Shown here: positions 7,850-16,842 of the stretch, in pieces
How the letters are laid out: each line of letters opens with the position of its first letter
How positions within the stretch are numbered: position 1 is the stretch's first letter
IMG/VR virus record: IMGVR_UViG_3300045988_024106
DNA: 44,656 nucleotides
From: a virus
Lineage: Duplodnaviria > Heunggongvirae > Uroviricota > Caudoviricetes
Strand: one strand, 5' to 3'
The notes under the pieces: model-generated
What the model was told of the DNA's origin: nothing
The model's database searches: none
Seen by the model: the letters and a program-made list of their open reading frames with translations, nothing else
Program-made: the position numbers and the translations under genes

Positions 7850-8311
7850 TCATTCTGGCTTAGTAACCTTCGCCGCCTTGCTTACCGCCTCTACCCCATC
7901 AGCATCAGTAACTTTAACGAAGTATTCACCAGCCGCATTAACAGTCAGAGACAGAGCCTCTTCCGGGGCGTTCACCACTTCCTTCCCGTCTTTGTACCAG
8001 GTCAGTACATACGGCGCTTTACCTGCCTTAACTTCGACGGTGATGGTGGCGCTACCGTCGACCAGCTCGGTGTCTTTCGGTTGCACAGAGAAATACATGT
8101 CACCAGCGTCTGCCAGATACGGAATCTCGTAAAGCATGCCCGCCGCCGGTAGCGCAATACCGGTTTTATCTGCGAACGGCATATCGTCTACCGGTGTACC
8201 TAGTACACTTTCATCTTCAATAAACACCACATTCTCGCCGGAGCCAGACACACGGGCGTACTGGACTACGCGGCGCGCGGGTACATCAGTTACTTTGAAA
8301 AAGCCCATCAT
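7850..8311 (-). CDS. Ig-like domain protein (putative head decoration/accessory)
   Basis: 153 aa; C-terminal TITVEVKAGKAPYVLTWYKDGKEV...GEYFVKVTD is an Ig-like repeat; start overlaps the stop of the head morphogenesis gene (TAATG). Confidence 0.5.
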   Translation of the reverse strand: MMGFFKVTDVPARRVVQYARVSGSGENVVFIEDESVLGTPVDDMPFADKTGIALPAAGMLYEIPYLADAGDMYFSVQPKDTELVDGSATITVEVKAGKAPYVLTWYKDGKEVVNAPEEALSLTVNAAGEYFVKVTDADGVEAVSKAAKVTKPE

Positions 8312-9411
8312 TAATCCCCTTTCAGATAATCAGCAACACGTTTATCGAGTTCCGCCATCTGCTTAAGCGTGAGCGGATTCCCGAAACCATCTACAGATAT
8401 TACGCGAAACTCTTCCGGCGATATACCGCTGTTACGGAAAATCTTACCGCGAACTGGCCCTAATGCTTCATCCTGAAACCACGCCGGTTGTTGTTTAAGG
8501 AACTCGTAATAGGTGGTGTCTGCACTTACCTGAGTACCGCCGTCCGCACCCTTAGCCGCGCGTTTTGCGCCTTTATCGAGGAAGTCGAACTCAGAACTGA
8601 TTACAGGCGCGGTGGTGCTTCGGCAATTAGGATGCGCGGGTGGCATCGGCCCTTTACCAATTTCCCACGTCATTCCGTCTCTGGCCCTGCAAATCGTGCT
8701 GGTGCGGCTGTCCAGCGTTGACACCCACTCGTATTTCTCGATGATGTCGTCGTTCCGGCGATACGTCTCGTTACGGGCTTCATTGGATACGTGAGACAGC
8801 GCGGTGCGGATTACGGTAGCCGCGTTACGTTCAGAGATGTCAGCCAGTCCGCCAGCGCCTACGACATTCTTAACAATCTGTCGTGTTGTCTGACCTTGTA
8901 CGAACCCCATCTTAACGCCCGTTACAAGACGGGCGACTTCGGTTTCACCCCAGCCATCCATCAGCTTAGTGAAGTCGACAGGCTTGTCGCTCAGTGAGAG
9001 CGGTTGAAACTCAGCAGCGGCCCACACCTGTTCAGCGGTGGGTGTAACGAATTCTGCGTTAACGTTGGTGGCTAGTGTCTTTACGTTCCACTCAGCCTCA
9101 TACGCTGCCAGCTCCTTAAGGTCTTCTGTCAGCTTTGTTCGCCAGTCGCCTGTAAGTCCGGTTAGTGCTTCTTCAATGTCGCGTAACAGTTTATTCAGTC
9201 GCGCAGTGCTACGCCCGTCGTCACCGAATAGCAGCACCTGCCGTTTGATTTCATCTCGCATTTCCTGGATAAACGGAGCGAGGTCTTTCACTTCACCGGA
9301 TGCGGTGCGTTGCAGCCAAATCTGGTGGCTGATTAGGGATGTAAGTAAGCTCATAGGCCCTCCTGTGGTATCGCCAGTGTAACGCATAAAAATAATATTT
9401 GCAGACACCAA
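8311..9411 (-). CDS. Head morphogenesis protein (Mu F / SPP1 gp7-like minor head protein)
   Basis: 366 aa; STLDSRTSTICRARDGMTW resembles the Phage_Mu_F family; located just downstream of the portal gene. Confidence 0.7.
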   Translation of the reverse strand: MVSANIIFMRYTGDTTGGPMSLLTSLISHQIWLQRTASGEVKDLAPFIQEMRDEIKRQVLLFGDDGRSTARLNKLLRDIEEALTGLTGDWRTKLTEDLKELAAYEAEWNVKTLATNVNAEFVTPTAEQVWAAAEFQPLSLSDKPVDFTKLMDGWGETEVARLVTGVKMGFVQGQTTRQIVKNVVGAGGLADISERNAATVIRTALSHVSNEARNETYRRNDDIIEKYEWVSTLDSRTSTICRARDGMTWEIGKGPMPPAHPNCRSTTAPVISSEFDFLDKGAKRAAKGADGGTQVSADTTYYEFLKQQPAWFQDEALGPVRGKIFRNSGISPEEFRVISVDGFGNPLTLKQMAELDKRVADYLKGD

Positions 9412-9431
9412 TATAATAGGGTACTATTCAG
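9398..9431 (+). promoter_or_regulatory. Promoter/operator box (P-box)
   Basis: tttgcagacaccaatataatagggtactattcag; exact TATAAT at 9412-9417 and palindrome AATAG-ggta-CTATT at 9415-9428. Confidence 0.6.
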
Positions 9432-9455
9432 TTATTGAAACGAGGATATAAAGAA

Positions 9456-9671
9456 ATGAAGTTAACTAAATTAGAGAAGAAAACAACAGAAGAAGCCATT
9501 AAACATGGCTATACCTTCAAAAACGACTCACATTTCACTAGCTTTCAGCAAGGGGACCGCACAATTAGAAAACTAATGGATAAGGGTTTTCTTGTAATGG
9601 TCGACGACGGGAATGGGGTTGAATACAGACCATCACAACGGGCTTTCGACTTCATAAAATACGGCGTATAA
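9456..9671 (+). CDS. Hypothetical protein (moron; possible small winged-helix protein)
   Basis: 71 aa from ATG at 9456 (RBS GAGGA); flanked by P-box and terminator; opposite strand to the surrounding head genes. Confidence 0.5.
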   Translation: MKLTKLEKKTTEEAIKHGYTFKNDSHFTSFQQGDRTIRKLMDKGFLVMVDDGNGVEYRPSQRAFDFIKYGV

Positions 9672-9678
9672 CGTTATT

Positions 9679-9704
9679 AGGCCCCATAACGGGGCCTTTT
9701 CTTT
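9679..9704. terminator. Bidirectional rho-independent terminator
   Basis: ggcccc-ataac-ggggcc hairpin followed by TTTTCTTT; between convergent CDS 9456..9671 (+) and portal (-). Confidence 0.7.
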
Positions 9705-11172
9705 ACTCCTGTTGCTGCGCCGACTGCGGAATCTCTCCCGCTACCTGAGTAACCGCGCCCAACGGCAGCGGCGCGTCCTCAATAGCGTTCTGGATGTCTT
9801 CGTCAGTCCAGTCAGTAACCCCCGCCTTACGCAATGCCGCGTAATAAGCGGTGGCAGGCAGCAAGCCAGCGTTAATGTCCGCCATCCACTGAGCGCGGTC
9901 CTGAGCGGTCATCGGTTGCAGGAAGAACTCCATGTTAAGCTTGAATTCAATCTCTGTGCCTTCACGCGGCCCCAGCATCGCCGCAACCCAGCGCAACGCA
10001 TCAGTATACGCCATGCTTACGTTACGTGCGATTGTTGCCATAACAGACGTATCAGCACCACGTTGCAGGCGGGCGGATTCAGCGGTGATTTGCTGCGTCG
10101 GGGTGATAAGCTGCGCGCCAATCTGGATGGCCTGATTCTCTTTATCCAACATGTTCTGCTTGGCGAGGTTGTTCTCTCCGGCCTGAACCAGGAACGCGTT
10201 GCCGCCGTAACCGATGTTATGCCCTGAACGCGACCCCATGCGAACGCCGTGAGGGTTGGCTTCTTTCCACTGTTCCATGCTCATGTTCTCACCGGGGGCG
10301 ATGAACAGAGTGGGCTGGCCCACAACGAAGCTGGACTCCTCATTGTCCGCGCTGTTGCGGAAATGCCCGATATTAAGCTCGGCCAACGGCAGCAAAGGGG
10401 CGTCGTCGATGGTCGCATCGTTGTTGCTTGCTCCAATGAACGTGAACGGGATTTTGCCGCGTAACTGTTCGCCGAGTTCCGGGAATATTTCGATTACTTC
10501 ATCCTGAGCACCACCTTCGGCGTCGAAGCGATAGATTCGCTGGCGGTAACGGCCTTCAATCAGGTCAAGGACGCGGTATTGCTCGCCGAACTTTGTTTCG
10601 AACTCTGCACCTTGTTCCGAGTATTCCCATACTTCGCGCAACACGACCATCGTAACGCGGTTCACTGAACCGATGCGGGTCAGTCGCCAGTTGATGATGT
10701 TCTCCGCAGTGTAGAATGCTATGACCGGGTTTAATAACCCCGCGTTCTGCTCCGCCGCCGTTGCCGCGGCTGTCTCGGGGGCGTCCACCAGCAACCCGCC
10801 ACGACCCATCGAGTCAATCTCCATCAGCGTATCCTGCGCGTGCTGCCACAGCCCGACACCGGAACCGTCGGCATTACGTAGCAGGTACTCCAGTTCAGGC
10901 GGAATAATCTGCTCAGGGTCTTTGCGCATGACACTGCCGACCATCCCCGCCAGGGTACGTTTAGTGAAGTTGTAGCAGATAGCGCCGTTCTCGTATTCTT
11001 CCTGCCGCTGTGCCGCGTAGGTCGGGTCCGGCTCGTTCTTCCCGACGTTGCGAAGATAGCGAATAAGGTCGCCTTCCAGTGCGTGGCGTACCTTCTGCCA
11101 TTTATCGAAGTGATGCAGCCATTCCCGGTGTTTTGTCTTAACACCCTGATTCTGACCGTTCATAGTTAACAT
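9703..11172 (-). CDS. Portal protein
   Basis: 489-aa ORF immediately downstream of the terminase large subunit; size and position typical for portal. Confidence 0.7.
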   Translation of the reverse strand: MLTMNGQNQGVKTKHREWLHHFDKWQKVRHALEGDLIRYLRNVGKNEPDPTYAAQRQEEYENGAICYNFTKRTLAGMVGSVMRKDPEQIIPPELEYLLRNADGSGVGLWQHAQDTLMEIDSMGRGGLLVDAPETAAATAAEQNAGLLNPVIAFYTAENIINWRLTRIGSVNRVTMVVLREVWEYSEQGAEFETKFGEQYRVLDLIEGRYRQRIYRFDAEGGAQDEVIEIFPELGEQLRGKIPFTFIGASNNDATIDDAPLLPLAELNIGHFRNSADNEESSFVVGQPTLFIAPGENMSMEQWKEANPHGVRMGSRSGHNIGYGGNAFLVQAGENNLAKQNMLDKENQAIQIGAQLITPTQQITAESARLQRGADTSVMATIARNVSMAYTDALRWVAAMLGPREGTEIEFKLNMEFFLQPMTAQDRAQWMADINAGLLPATAYYAALRKAGVTDWTDEDIQNAIEDAPLPLGAVTQVAGEIPQSAQQQE

Positions 11173-11184
11173 TGAATAATCCTC

Positions 11185-12435
11185 TTAAAGTGCGAAAGTC
11201 ACCGGGATGTTGATTACGGGTTTAACCACCGGCATCTCGTAAACTACAGGATAGCCGAGGGCATCCGCCATATGGTCGATTACGCCGTCTTTAGCTGGCT
11301 CTCCATTATCGTCGTATGCCTGCTGCTCCAGCGTCTTCGCTATCTCGGGGCATAAGTGGTCGTTAACCCACAGCTTACCTTTTTCCAGTGCGGTATTCAC
11401 GGCTAAAACACGGTCTTTAACCGGGGGGTTGGCGGATTTAGCGCGAACATCGAACCCGGCCTGCTGGAGTAACGCGATATCAGAGATTGACGCCGAGTTG
11501 GTTTTGCGGTTCTTACCGCTGGCGTCCGGGTACACGACGATGCGATGGCCTTGCGACTTCCACTTCTCAGTAATCACTCTCACCGTGTCCGGCGTATCGA
11601 ACAGGCCTTTCAGTTCGGCAACCGCGTGCCAGCCGTCTTTACGTTGCACATACACGGCGCTGGCGTTCTTCGTAACGTTGAAGTCTTGCCCGATGTACAG
11701 TGTATCGCCTGGCTGAATTGTCTCTTTGCTGCGGTGTTTGCGACGGTCATACGCATAATACACGCTGCCGGATGTCAGGTTAACGAACTCACCGTTCAGA
11801 TACGCGTTAATCAGTTGCGCGGGGTAAGTCTCGGTCAGCGAGCTGATGTAATCCGGCGGCAGGAATCTCGCGTTCTCGTGTGTGGAAGCCTGCACCATAG
11901 AGTAACTCGGCGTCGGATTCTCTTTGAACTTGGCATAGACGAACTTAAACCCTTCCGGCGTCGTGGTGACGGAGATGTGGTTAGTTACGCCCGGGATAAC
12001 CAGACGCATACGGGCTACGATTTTGTTCCACGCCAGCTCAGCTTTCTCGCGGCTCAATACGTCCAGCTCATCCACGACCGCAGCCGCGATTTTGAAGCCG
12101 ACTATCGAGCCGGGGTTATCCATCGAGCGGCAGATAACAGTTCCGAGCACCGTCTTACCGCGGGTAACAACGACTTCTTTGTCGCCTGATTTAACCAGCA
12201 CATCGAGGCCAAGCAGGTTAGCCGCTTCCTCGAATGTCGGATAGAAGATGTCACGGATAGCAGGGTATGTGGGGCCGAAGTATCCAAGGCGTGTGCCGGG
12301 GTGCTTGAGCATAAACGTGAGCAGGTCCAGACATCCGACAAACGTCTTGCCGCTGCCGAATCCCCCGACATAGGCTTTGTATTTGTTATTGCAATTCAGG
12401 AACAGTGCCTGTGGTGCGGATAGCTGAATACTCAT
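11185..12435 (-). CDS. terL: Terminase large subunit
   Basis: 416 aa; N-terminal Walker A (GGFGSGKT) ATPase and C-terminal nuclease-like region; overlaps the upstream small-subunit candidate. Confidence 0.8.
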   Translation of the reverse strand: MSIQLSAPQALFLNCNNKYKAYVGGFGSGKTFVGCLDLLTFMLKHPGTRLGYFGPTYPAIRDIFYPTFEEAANLLGLDVLVKSGDKEVVVTRGKTVLGTVICRSMDNPGSIVGFKIAAAVVDELDVLSREKAELAWNKIVARMRLVIPGVTNHISVTTTPEGFKFVYAKFKENPTPSYSMVQASTHENARFLPPDYISSLTETYPAQLINAYLNGEFVNLTSGSVYYAYDRRKHRSKETIQPGDTLYIGQDFNVTKNASAVYVQRKDGWHAVAELKGLFDTPDTVRVITEKWKSQGHRIVVYPDASGKNRKTNSASISDIALLQQAGFDVRAKSANPPVKDRVLAVNTALEKGKLWVNDHLCPEIAKTLEQQAYDDNGEPAKDGVIDHMADALGYPVVYEMPVVKPVINIPVTFAL

Positions 12436-12977
12436 TCCTCTACCTCGCCCATATTCGTTGTTACGATTTTACCTACAGGCTCCGCGACACTAAAAATAAT
12501 CTCAGTCGGTGCTGTTTCTTCGGTGGATTCAACTGGTTTCTCTTTGCTGAGGCCCAGCTTCGCCGCCGCAAACGTAGCAGAGATACCCGCAGCCCCTGTC
12601 TCTGTGAAGTACGCCTCTTCCAGCGCCTGCGCCGTTTCATAGGCTTCTGCAAATGCGGGAATCTCGCGCAGCCACAGCTTAATAATTGGGATAGTGACAC
12701 CGATATGTAAGGCGAAGCGGGCCAGTGATGGGGGTTTATCCTGAATCAGCGGGCGTTCGTCGCCCTTGGAGGTAGGCACAAGCTCCCACGACGTGCGGTC
12801 AAAGAACTCGATTAATTCGTCGCAATAGTCCGGGTCCCACAACGCGGCGGAATTACGGGATGATTGATAAAGGCTCTGTTTACCGCGAGGTCGTCTACGG
12901 CGACGGTTTGCGCTAACAGCTTCTTCATGTGCAGCTTGCACCACCTCTGGCGATGGCTGCTTAAGTTTCAGCTTCAT
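12432..12977 (-). CDS. Terminase small subunit, putative
   Basis: 181 aa from ATG at 12975-12977 (RBS AAGGGGA); directly upstream of and overlapping terL; Arg-rich N-terminus and HTH-like segment. Confidence 0.45.
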   Translation of the reverse strand: MKLKLKQPSPEVVQAAHEEAVSANRRRRRPRGKQSLYQSSRNSAALWDPDYCDELIEFFDRTSWELVPTSKGDERPLIQDKPPSLARFALHIGVTIPIIKLWLREIPAFAEAYETAQALEEAYFTETGAAGISATFAAAKLGLSKEKPVESTEETAPTEIIFSVAEPVGKIVTTNMGEVEE

Positions 12978-13106
12978 ATAATCCCCTTGCATATGCGTCT
13001 GACCATCAGAGCGCACCAGACGCGCCCTACGCGCCTAAAGGGATTATATAAGGGGATTAGGTGGGATGTACAGAAAAGCCCTCCGTAGAGGGCCTGTATC
13101 AGTTAT

Positions 13107-13301
13107 CTACCTTTTACCCATGTACTCATCAACTATGTCGATAATGTACCTGTGCTCTACAAGCCACGCCAACATATTTTCTGGCCTGACATCACCGTTT
13201 GGTGCACTGCCGTACAGAATGCAGTCGGCATAGCAATCCATAAAGTTCTTTATGGCAGCGGCCTTGTCTAATGTTTTTGCAATAGCTTCTTTTTCTGTCA
13301 C
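13107..13301 (-). CDS. Hypothetical protein
   Basis: 64-aa ORF in a coupled small-gene array upstream of the packaging genes. Confidence 0.4.
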   Translation of the reverse strand: MTEKEAIAKTLDKAAAIKNFMDCYADCILYGSAPNGDVRPENMLAWLVEHRYIIDIVDEYMGKR

Positions 13302-13534
13302 TCCCCACGCCCCCCTCTGGCAATACGTTGTTCAGTTTTAGTGATACCACGGCGCGTGAATAACACCGGGCTTGTCTTAACGTGCGTCATGAGACGGTTG
13401 TTATAAATTACGTGGCGCTCGCAGTTCACGTCTTTGCTGTACTTCGCAATCGTCATTTCGTTGATGCCGGTTTGTCGGCATGTCTCAGCCATCGTGCCGT
13501 ATTCTTTAATCAGGTTCGGAATGCTGGTAATCAT
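13298..13534 (-). CDS. Putative HTH DNA-binding protein
   Basis: 78 aa from ATG at 13532-13534; helix-turn-helix-like segment GTMAETCRQTGINEMTIAKY. Confidence 0.4.
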   Translation of the reverse strand: MITSIPNLIKEYGTMAETCRQTGINEMTIAKYSKDVNCERHVIYNNRLMTHVKTSPVLFTRRGITKTEQRIARGGRGE

Positions 13535-13725
13535 TCTGAGGCAATCTCCGTTATGCACATGATTATGACCTTCGCACCGTACGGTACATGCTCTTTCGCT
13601 TCATCTTCAATTACCCTAATCTCTGCTAAGGTGAGCTTTTCCCCGTTTTTCGCCGACGCGGTGCAATTTCCGAAGCCTGAACTCCGACCGTTTGACCAGC
13701 TGTAGCTTATAAAGAACTGTTTCAT
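13531..13725 (-). CDS. Hypothetical protein
   Basis: 64 aa from ATG at 13723-13725, overlapping the upstream stop (ATGA); the track ORF begins at GTG 13749. Confidence 0.4.
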   Translation of the reverse strand: MKQFFISYSWSNGRSSGFGNCTASAKNGEKLTLAEIRVIEDEAKEHVPYGAKVIIMCITEIASE

Positions 13726-13892
13726 CCTAAGAAATTCCTCGTTGTCCACATCGCATTCGGATATTTATTATCTCTGTCCTGCACCACGGCAATCATGTTA
13801 CCGCGCTGCACGAGGCAGAAGTGTCTTTGTTGCTCGCCGTTGTAGCGACGCCAGATTGCTTCTTCGATTGCTGCGTCAATATTGTCGAACAT
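13722..13892 (-). CDS. Hypothetical protein (56 aa)
   Basis: Manual translation MFDNIDAAIEEAIWRRYNGE...; coupled to neighbours; not in track (<60 aa). Confidence 0.35.
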   Translation of the reverse strand: MFDNIDAAIEEAIWRRYNGEQQRHFCLVQRGNMIAVVQDRDNKYPNAMWTTRNFLG

Positions 13893-13894
13893 AA

Positions 13895-14131
13895 TTAATC
13901 TTCCATACTTAGTAACACGTAACCAGGGAGGTACGCAGATACGTCCGCAACATGAATAACACGACGGTAAACAATACGACCTGTGTACTCACCGTTTTTG
14001 TATTCTCTCAGACACAAAGTATCATCCACTTTAAAGTTACGGTCGTTTAATCTCAGTTCCGCCAGTTTAAGGCCCGCCAGAACAGGCTCAAAATGCTCAG
14101 GTAATATCTTTAATTCATGGAACATACTCAC
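13895..14131 (-). CDS. ASCH (PUA-like) domain protein
   Basis: 78 aa; N-terminal pattern LKILPEHFEPVLAGLKLAELRLNDRNFKVDDTL resembles ASCH/DUF3850 domains. Confidence 0.45.
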   Translation of the reverse strand: MSMFHELKILPEHFEPVLAGLKLAELRLNDRNFKVDDTLCLREYKNGEYTGRIVYRRVIHVADVSAYLPGYVLLSMED

Positions 14132-14310
14132 CCCACTATCTCATCACCTAGCCACGCCGTTTCTCGTATATCGTCAACCACGCAAGCGGCATGTTCACGG
14201 CTAATTGCAAAAATGTAGAAGCTAAACTTCTTCCCGTCGGCGTCGATGTGGTTAACCGAGTAAGGTTTCCACAGGACGCCATCGACAACTACTGGCTCAG
14301 GCGCTTTCAT
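14128..14310 (-). CDS. Hypothetical protein
   Basis: 60-aa ORF with ATG start at 14308-14310. Confidence 0.4.
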   Translation of the reverse strand: MKAPEPVVVDGVLWKPYSVNHIDADGKKFSFYIFAISREHAACVVDDIRETAWLGDEIVG

Positions 14311-14449
14311 TCTTCATGCGCTCAAGCAACAACTTAAACGCCTCCAGTTGAAACTCTCCGTTAATCGACAGTTGCCCGCCTAACGTCTGTTTCTCTGACT
14401 CAAGCACCATAATACGGCGCTCGAGTGATGCGATTGTGATTTTAGGCAT
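14297..14449 (-). CDS. Hypothetical small coiled-coil protein (50 aa)
   Basis: Manual translation MPKITIASLERRIMVLESEKQ...; overlaps neighbouring ORFs at both ends; weak RBS. Confidence 0.25.
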   Translation of the reverse strand: MPKITIASLERRIMVLESEKQTLGGQLSINGEFQLEAFKLLLERMKNESA

Positions 14450-14627
14450 TGGTATCGCCTTTGTTCAGATTGAAGCGGTTAATCAGCTCACGACGTGTCT
14501 CATAAAGCGACTCGACCATTTGCTCGGCTACCGCGATTTTAGTATTCAGGACGTGCATCACGTGCCCGATGTCTACGCCGCCGTTGACGGCCTCTACCAT
14601 CATCTTTTCGTATTCGTTGTTAGTCAT
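14442..14627 (-). CDS. Hypothetical protein
   Basis: 61-aa ORF; ATG at 14625-14627 with RBS GGGGAG. Confidence 0.45.
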   Translation of the reverse strand: MTNNEYEKMMVEAVNGGVDIGHVMHVLNTKIAVAEQMVESLYETRRELINRFNLNKGDTNA

Positions 14628-14781
14628 TTTTACGCTCCCCCCACATGCGATTGAGATACTTGTTCTTGTCAGGCCCAGGGAAACTGTTACGTTTCATCAG
14701 TTCCTCGCGTGTCGGGAACGGGGTGTGACTGACTTTGCGGCCTGCTCGTAATGGTTGGCTTACTTGACCTTGTTCGCTCAT
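14620..14781 (-). CDS. Hypothetical protein (53 aa)
   Basis: Manual translation MSEQGQVSQPLRAGRKVSHTPFP...; RBS AGGAGAG; ATGA overlap with the upstream gene. Confidence 0.3.
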   Translation of the reverse strand: MSEQGQVSQPLRAGRKVSHTPFPTREELMKRNSFPGPDKNKYLNRMWGERKND

Positions 14782-14927
14782 TTCTTCTCTCCTGCATAAG
14801 CTGCTTTAAGTGTCTGCATCGCAGCGAACCAGAACGCGTCCGCCGGAATTCTGTTGCTCAGGTTACTAACGGCGATACGCGCCATCAGTTGTGCGTCTTT
14901 GAATGCTTCGGTATCTGTGATTTTCAT
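14778..14927 (-). CDS. Hypothetical protein (49 aa)
   Basis: Manual translation MKITDTEAFKDAQLMARIAVS...; RBS AGGA. Confidence 0.3.
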   Translation of the reverse strand: MKITDTEAFKDAQLMARIAVSNLSNRIPADAFWFAAMQTLKAAYAGEKK

Positions 14928-14932
14928 ATTCA

Positions 14933-15145
14933 TTATCCTGCGTTAAATGAGCCAAGTACGATGCCACTTTCTTTTGGTTTCTCGATTTCGGTAACTTTTA
15001 CGTTATCGTTGAAGTTATTCATGGTTATTGGGTCATCCTTAGCGCGAACTAAGCTCAAGGCTTCATCCGGGGAATTAGCCCACACCACAAAAGAATCGTA
15101 TTGGTCATAATCACACCAGTCTGCTTCTACTAAATATAATTTCAT
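14933..15145 (-). CDS. Hypothetical protein (first gene after the 15.2-kb promoter)
   Basis: 70-aa ORF; RBS GGAG; directly downstream of a sigma70-like promoter. Confidence 0.45.
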   Translation of the reverse strand: MKLYLVEADWCDYDQYDSFVVWANSPDEALSLVRAKDDPITMNNFNDNVKVTEIEKPKESGIVLGSFNAG

Positions 15146-15178
15146 CTTCTCTACTCCGTTCTCGTTGTCAATGGAGTA

Positions 15179-15207
15179 AATATAATAGGGTCGATGGTAA
15201 TAGTCAA
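15179..15207 (-). promoter_or_regulatory. Sigma70-like promoter (minus strand), TTGACT-17-TATATT
   Basis: Minus-strand -35 TTGACT (15202-15207) and -10 TATATT (15179-15184) with 17-nt spacer; just downstream of a strong terminator. Confidence 0.5.
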
Positions 15208-15228
15208 CTAGTCATTACAGAAAATAGA

Positions 15229-15261
15229 TAAAAAAAATCCCGGCTGGGTCAGGGCCGGGAT
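15229..15261 (-). terminator. Rho-independent terminator (minus strand) ending the early/lysis unit
   Basis: 8-bp GC stem atcccggc / gccgggat with 9-nt loop, followed on the minus strand by a run of eight T. Confidence 0.75.
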
Positions 15262-15445
15262 AAAACTGGAGAGCAGAGGGATGGAACAGGAGGTGATTTA
15301 AGTATCGTCGGATTAGTCTTAGGTGTCAACAGAGATTCTCCGGCACGCGTTACCGCACTTTGGCCCGACCTTGTTACAGGTCCGCGAGGGTGATGATACC
15401 CGGAGTGCCCTCAATGTTGTTTAATCTTCTGTTGCCGTTAGTCTA

Positions 15446-15934
15446 TCAACCTTTAACCGCGCGTCCAATAGCCTCCGCCTCCTGCCACGGTTTGCCGTCG
15501 AACAGCGCCAGACGTCCTGCTGTACGGCGACGCAGGCCGAGTAATGGCTTGCCATTCTGGTTGATGAACAACGCCAGCTTAGCCCGCAGCGTCGCAATAT
15601 CGCCAGAACGCAGCGCCTTGCCCGTGCCAGTAGTAGCCGCAATCACGCCAGCACCCGCGTTATAGACCAGGTCACACACTGCATCGAACTGCGCCTGTGT
15701 CAATGAATAGTGTGCTGCCGCATCAACCGCAGCTACAGCCTTAGCCATATCGCGATTCAGTAACAGCAAGCCTTGTCCAGGGGTGATGGTCTTACCCGGT
15801 GTTACGTCTGGACCGTAATGCCCGTAGCCTATGGTAAGGTACTTCTCGTTTGACGTAGCGCGGTACGCAGTTCCGCGGAATCCCTCAAACGCGGCACAGA
15901 AATGCAATCCATTATCTGAAATGTTTCGAGACAC
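15446..15934 (-). CDS. Endolysin (GH24 lysozyme-like)
   Basis: 162 aa; N-terminal FEGFRGTAYRAT...TIGYGH and C-terminal LLGLRRRTAGRLALF resemble P22 gp19/T4-type lysozymes; preceded by two membrane-protein genes. Confidence 0.7.
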   Translation of the reverse strand: MSRNISDNGLHFCAAFEGFRGTAYRATSNEKYLTIGYGHYGPDVTPGKTITPGQGLLLLNRDMAKAVAAVDAAAHYSLTQAQFDAVCDLVYNAGAGVIAATTGTGKALRSGDIATLRAKLALFINQNGKPLLGLRRRTAGRLALFDGKPWQEAEAIGRAVKG

Positions 15935-16184
15935 GCTTATGCCCTCCGTATGACAACCACGCCTGGCGAATCTGACGCAGCGCGGCTAATGTGATTAACG
16001 TCTCAGGCAGCGTCGGCGACACGCTGCCCTGTAACAGGTGGATACATCCGGCGGCGCAGACGATAGCGGTCAGGATATAGAGCACCCGACCAAATAGCCC
16101 GTCGTCCACGCTGGGATGATACACATTAAACAGCGATGTGCCCCCGATTGCCAGCATACCGCCGAACCAGAATAACTCATTCAT
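15912..16184 (-). CDS. Small membrane protein (holin/antiholin-like)
   Basis: 90 aa from ATG at 16182-16184 (RBS GAGGAGG); two hydrophobic segments; between holin and endolysin. Confidence 0.5.
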   Translation of the reverse strand: MNELFWFGGMLAIGGTSLFNVYHPSVDDGLFGRVLYILTAIVCAAGCIHLLQGSVSPTLPETLITLAALRQIRQAWLSYGGHKRVSKHFR

Positions 16185-16485
16185 CTGTGCCTCCTCGACG
16201 CGCGATGTATTCTCCGGCAACGATACTGGAGAGACGGGAATAGATGGGCATCCAGAGAACAGCGATAATGAAGCCCAGGCCCGCGATTTCACGGTCGCCC
16301 GTGATACCGAACCATTGAGCTGCGAGAGGTGCGCCAAATACGGCGCAGGCGAAACCAGTAGCGATGAAGCAGAAGCCGTCGATAGGGTCAGAAATAGCGG
16401 ACTTATGTTGTCTCAGTCCGATTACCCCACCGGCTAGTGCGGCAGCCAGAAGCCAGCCTGTCACAGTTTCAGTAAATTTATCCAA
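16177..16485 (-). CDS. Holin, putative
   Basis: 102 aa with about three hydrophobic transmembrane segments and a charged C-terminus; first gene of the cassette. Confidence 0.55.
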   Translation of the reverse strand: MDKFTETVTGWLLAAALAGGVIGLRQHKSAISDPIDGFCFIATGFACAVFGAPLAAQWFGITGDREIAGLGFIIAVLWMPIYSRLSSIVAGEYIARRGGTDE

Positions 16486-16560
16486 GATGAATCCTCCAGG
16501 TGCGTATTAAGTATGCAGTAACTGGAGGATACCACGCTTAGGAATTATCCTAATAACGGT

Positions 16561-16842
16561 TTATTTATATCTCCTGACGTATTGTCGTCTCTGTGGTTTC
16601 GTTGGAATATCATCGTATCCCAGCGATTTCCAGTAATTAAATAGCCGATTAGCGATAGCTGCGCGTTCCTGTGTTTTAAACTCACCGAGATTCACGGCCT
16701 TCCCGTTCTGGGATGCGCTGGCGCGTATTGTCCCATACCGCTCGACCAGTTCCCTATAGGTTGCGTTACGTTCTCGCGTCTTAACTTTCGGCGACAGCGG
16801 CGCAAGGCCGCTTCGTTTCAGGATGTCAGTTGCGAGGCTCAT
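16561..16842 (-). CDS. Hypothetical protein
   Basis: 93 aa from ATG at 16840-16842 (MSLATDILKR...); the track ORF extends to 16866. Confidence 0.4.
   Translation of the reverse strand: MSLATDILKRSGLAPLSPKVKTRERNATYRELVERYGTIRASASQNGKAVNLGEFKTQERAAIANRLFNYWKSLGYDDIPTKPQRRQYVRRYK

Noticed and set aside
11545-12189. 214-aa plus-strand ORF
   Set aside because: Antisense to the terminase large-subunit gene, which has a clear Walker A motif; Arg-rich out-of-frame character.
14751-15110. 119-aa plus-strand ORF
   Set aside because: Overlaps several coupled minus-strand small genes and the minus-strand promoter/terminator region; no RBS.
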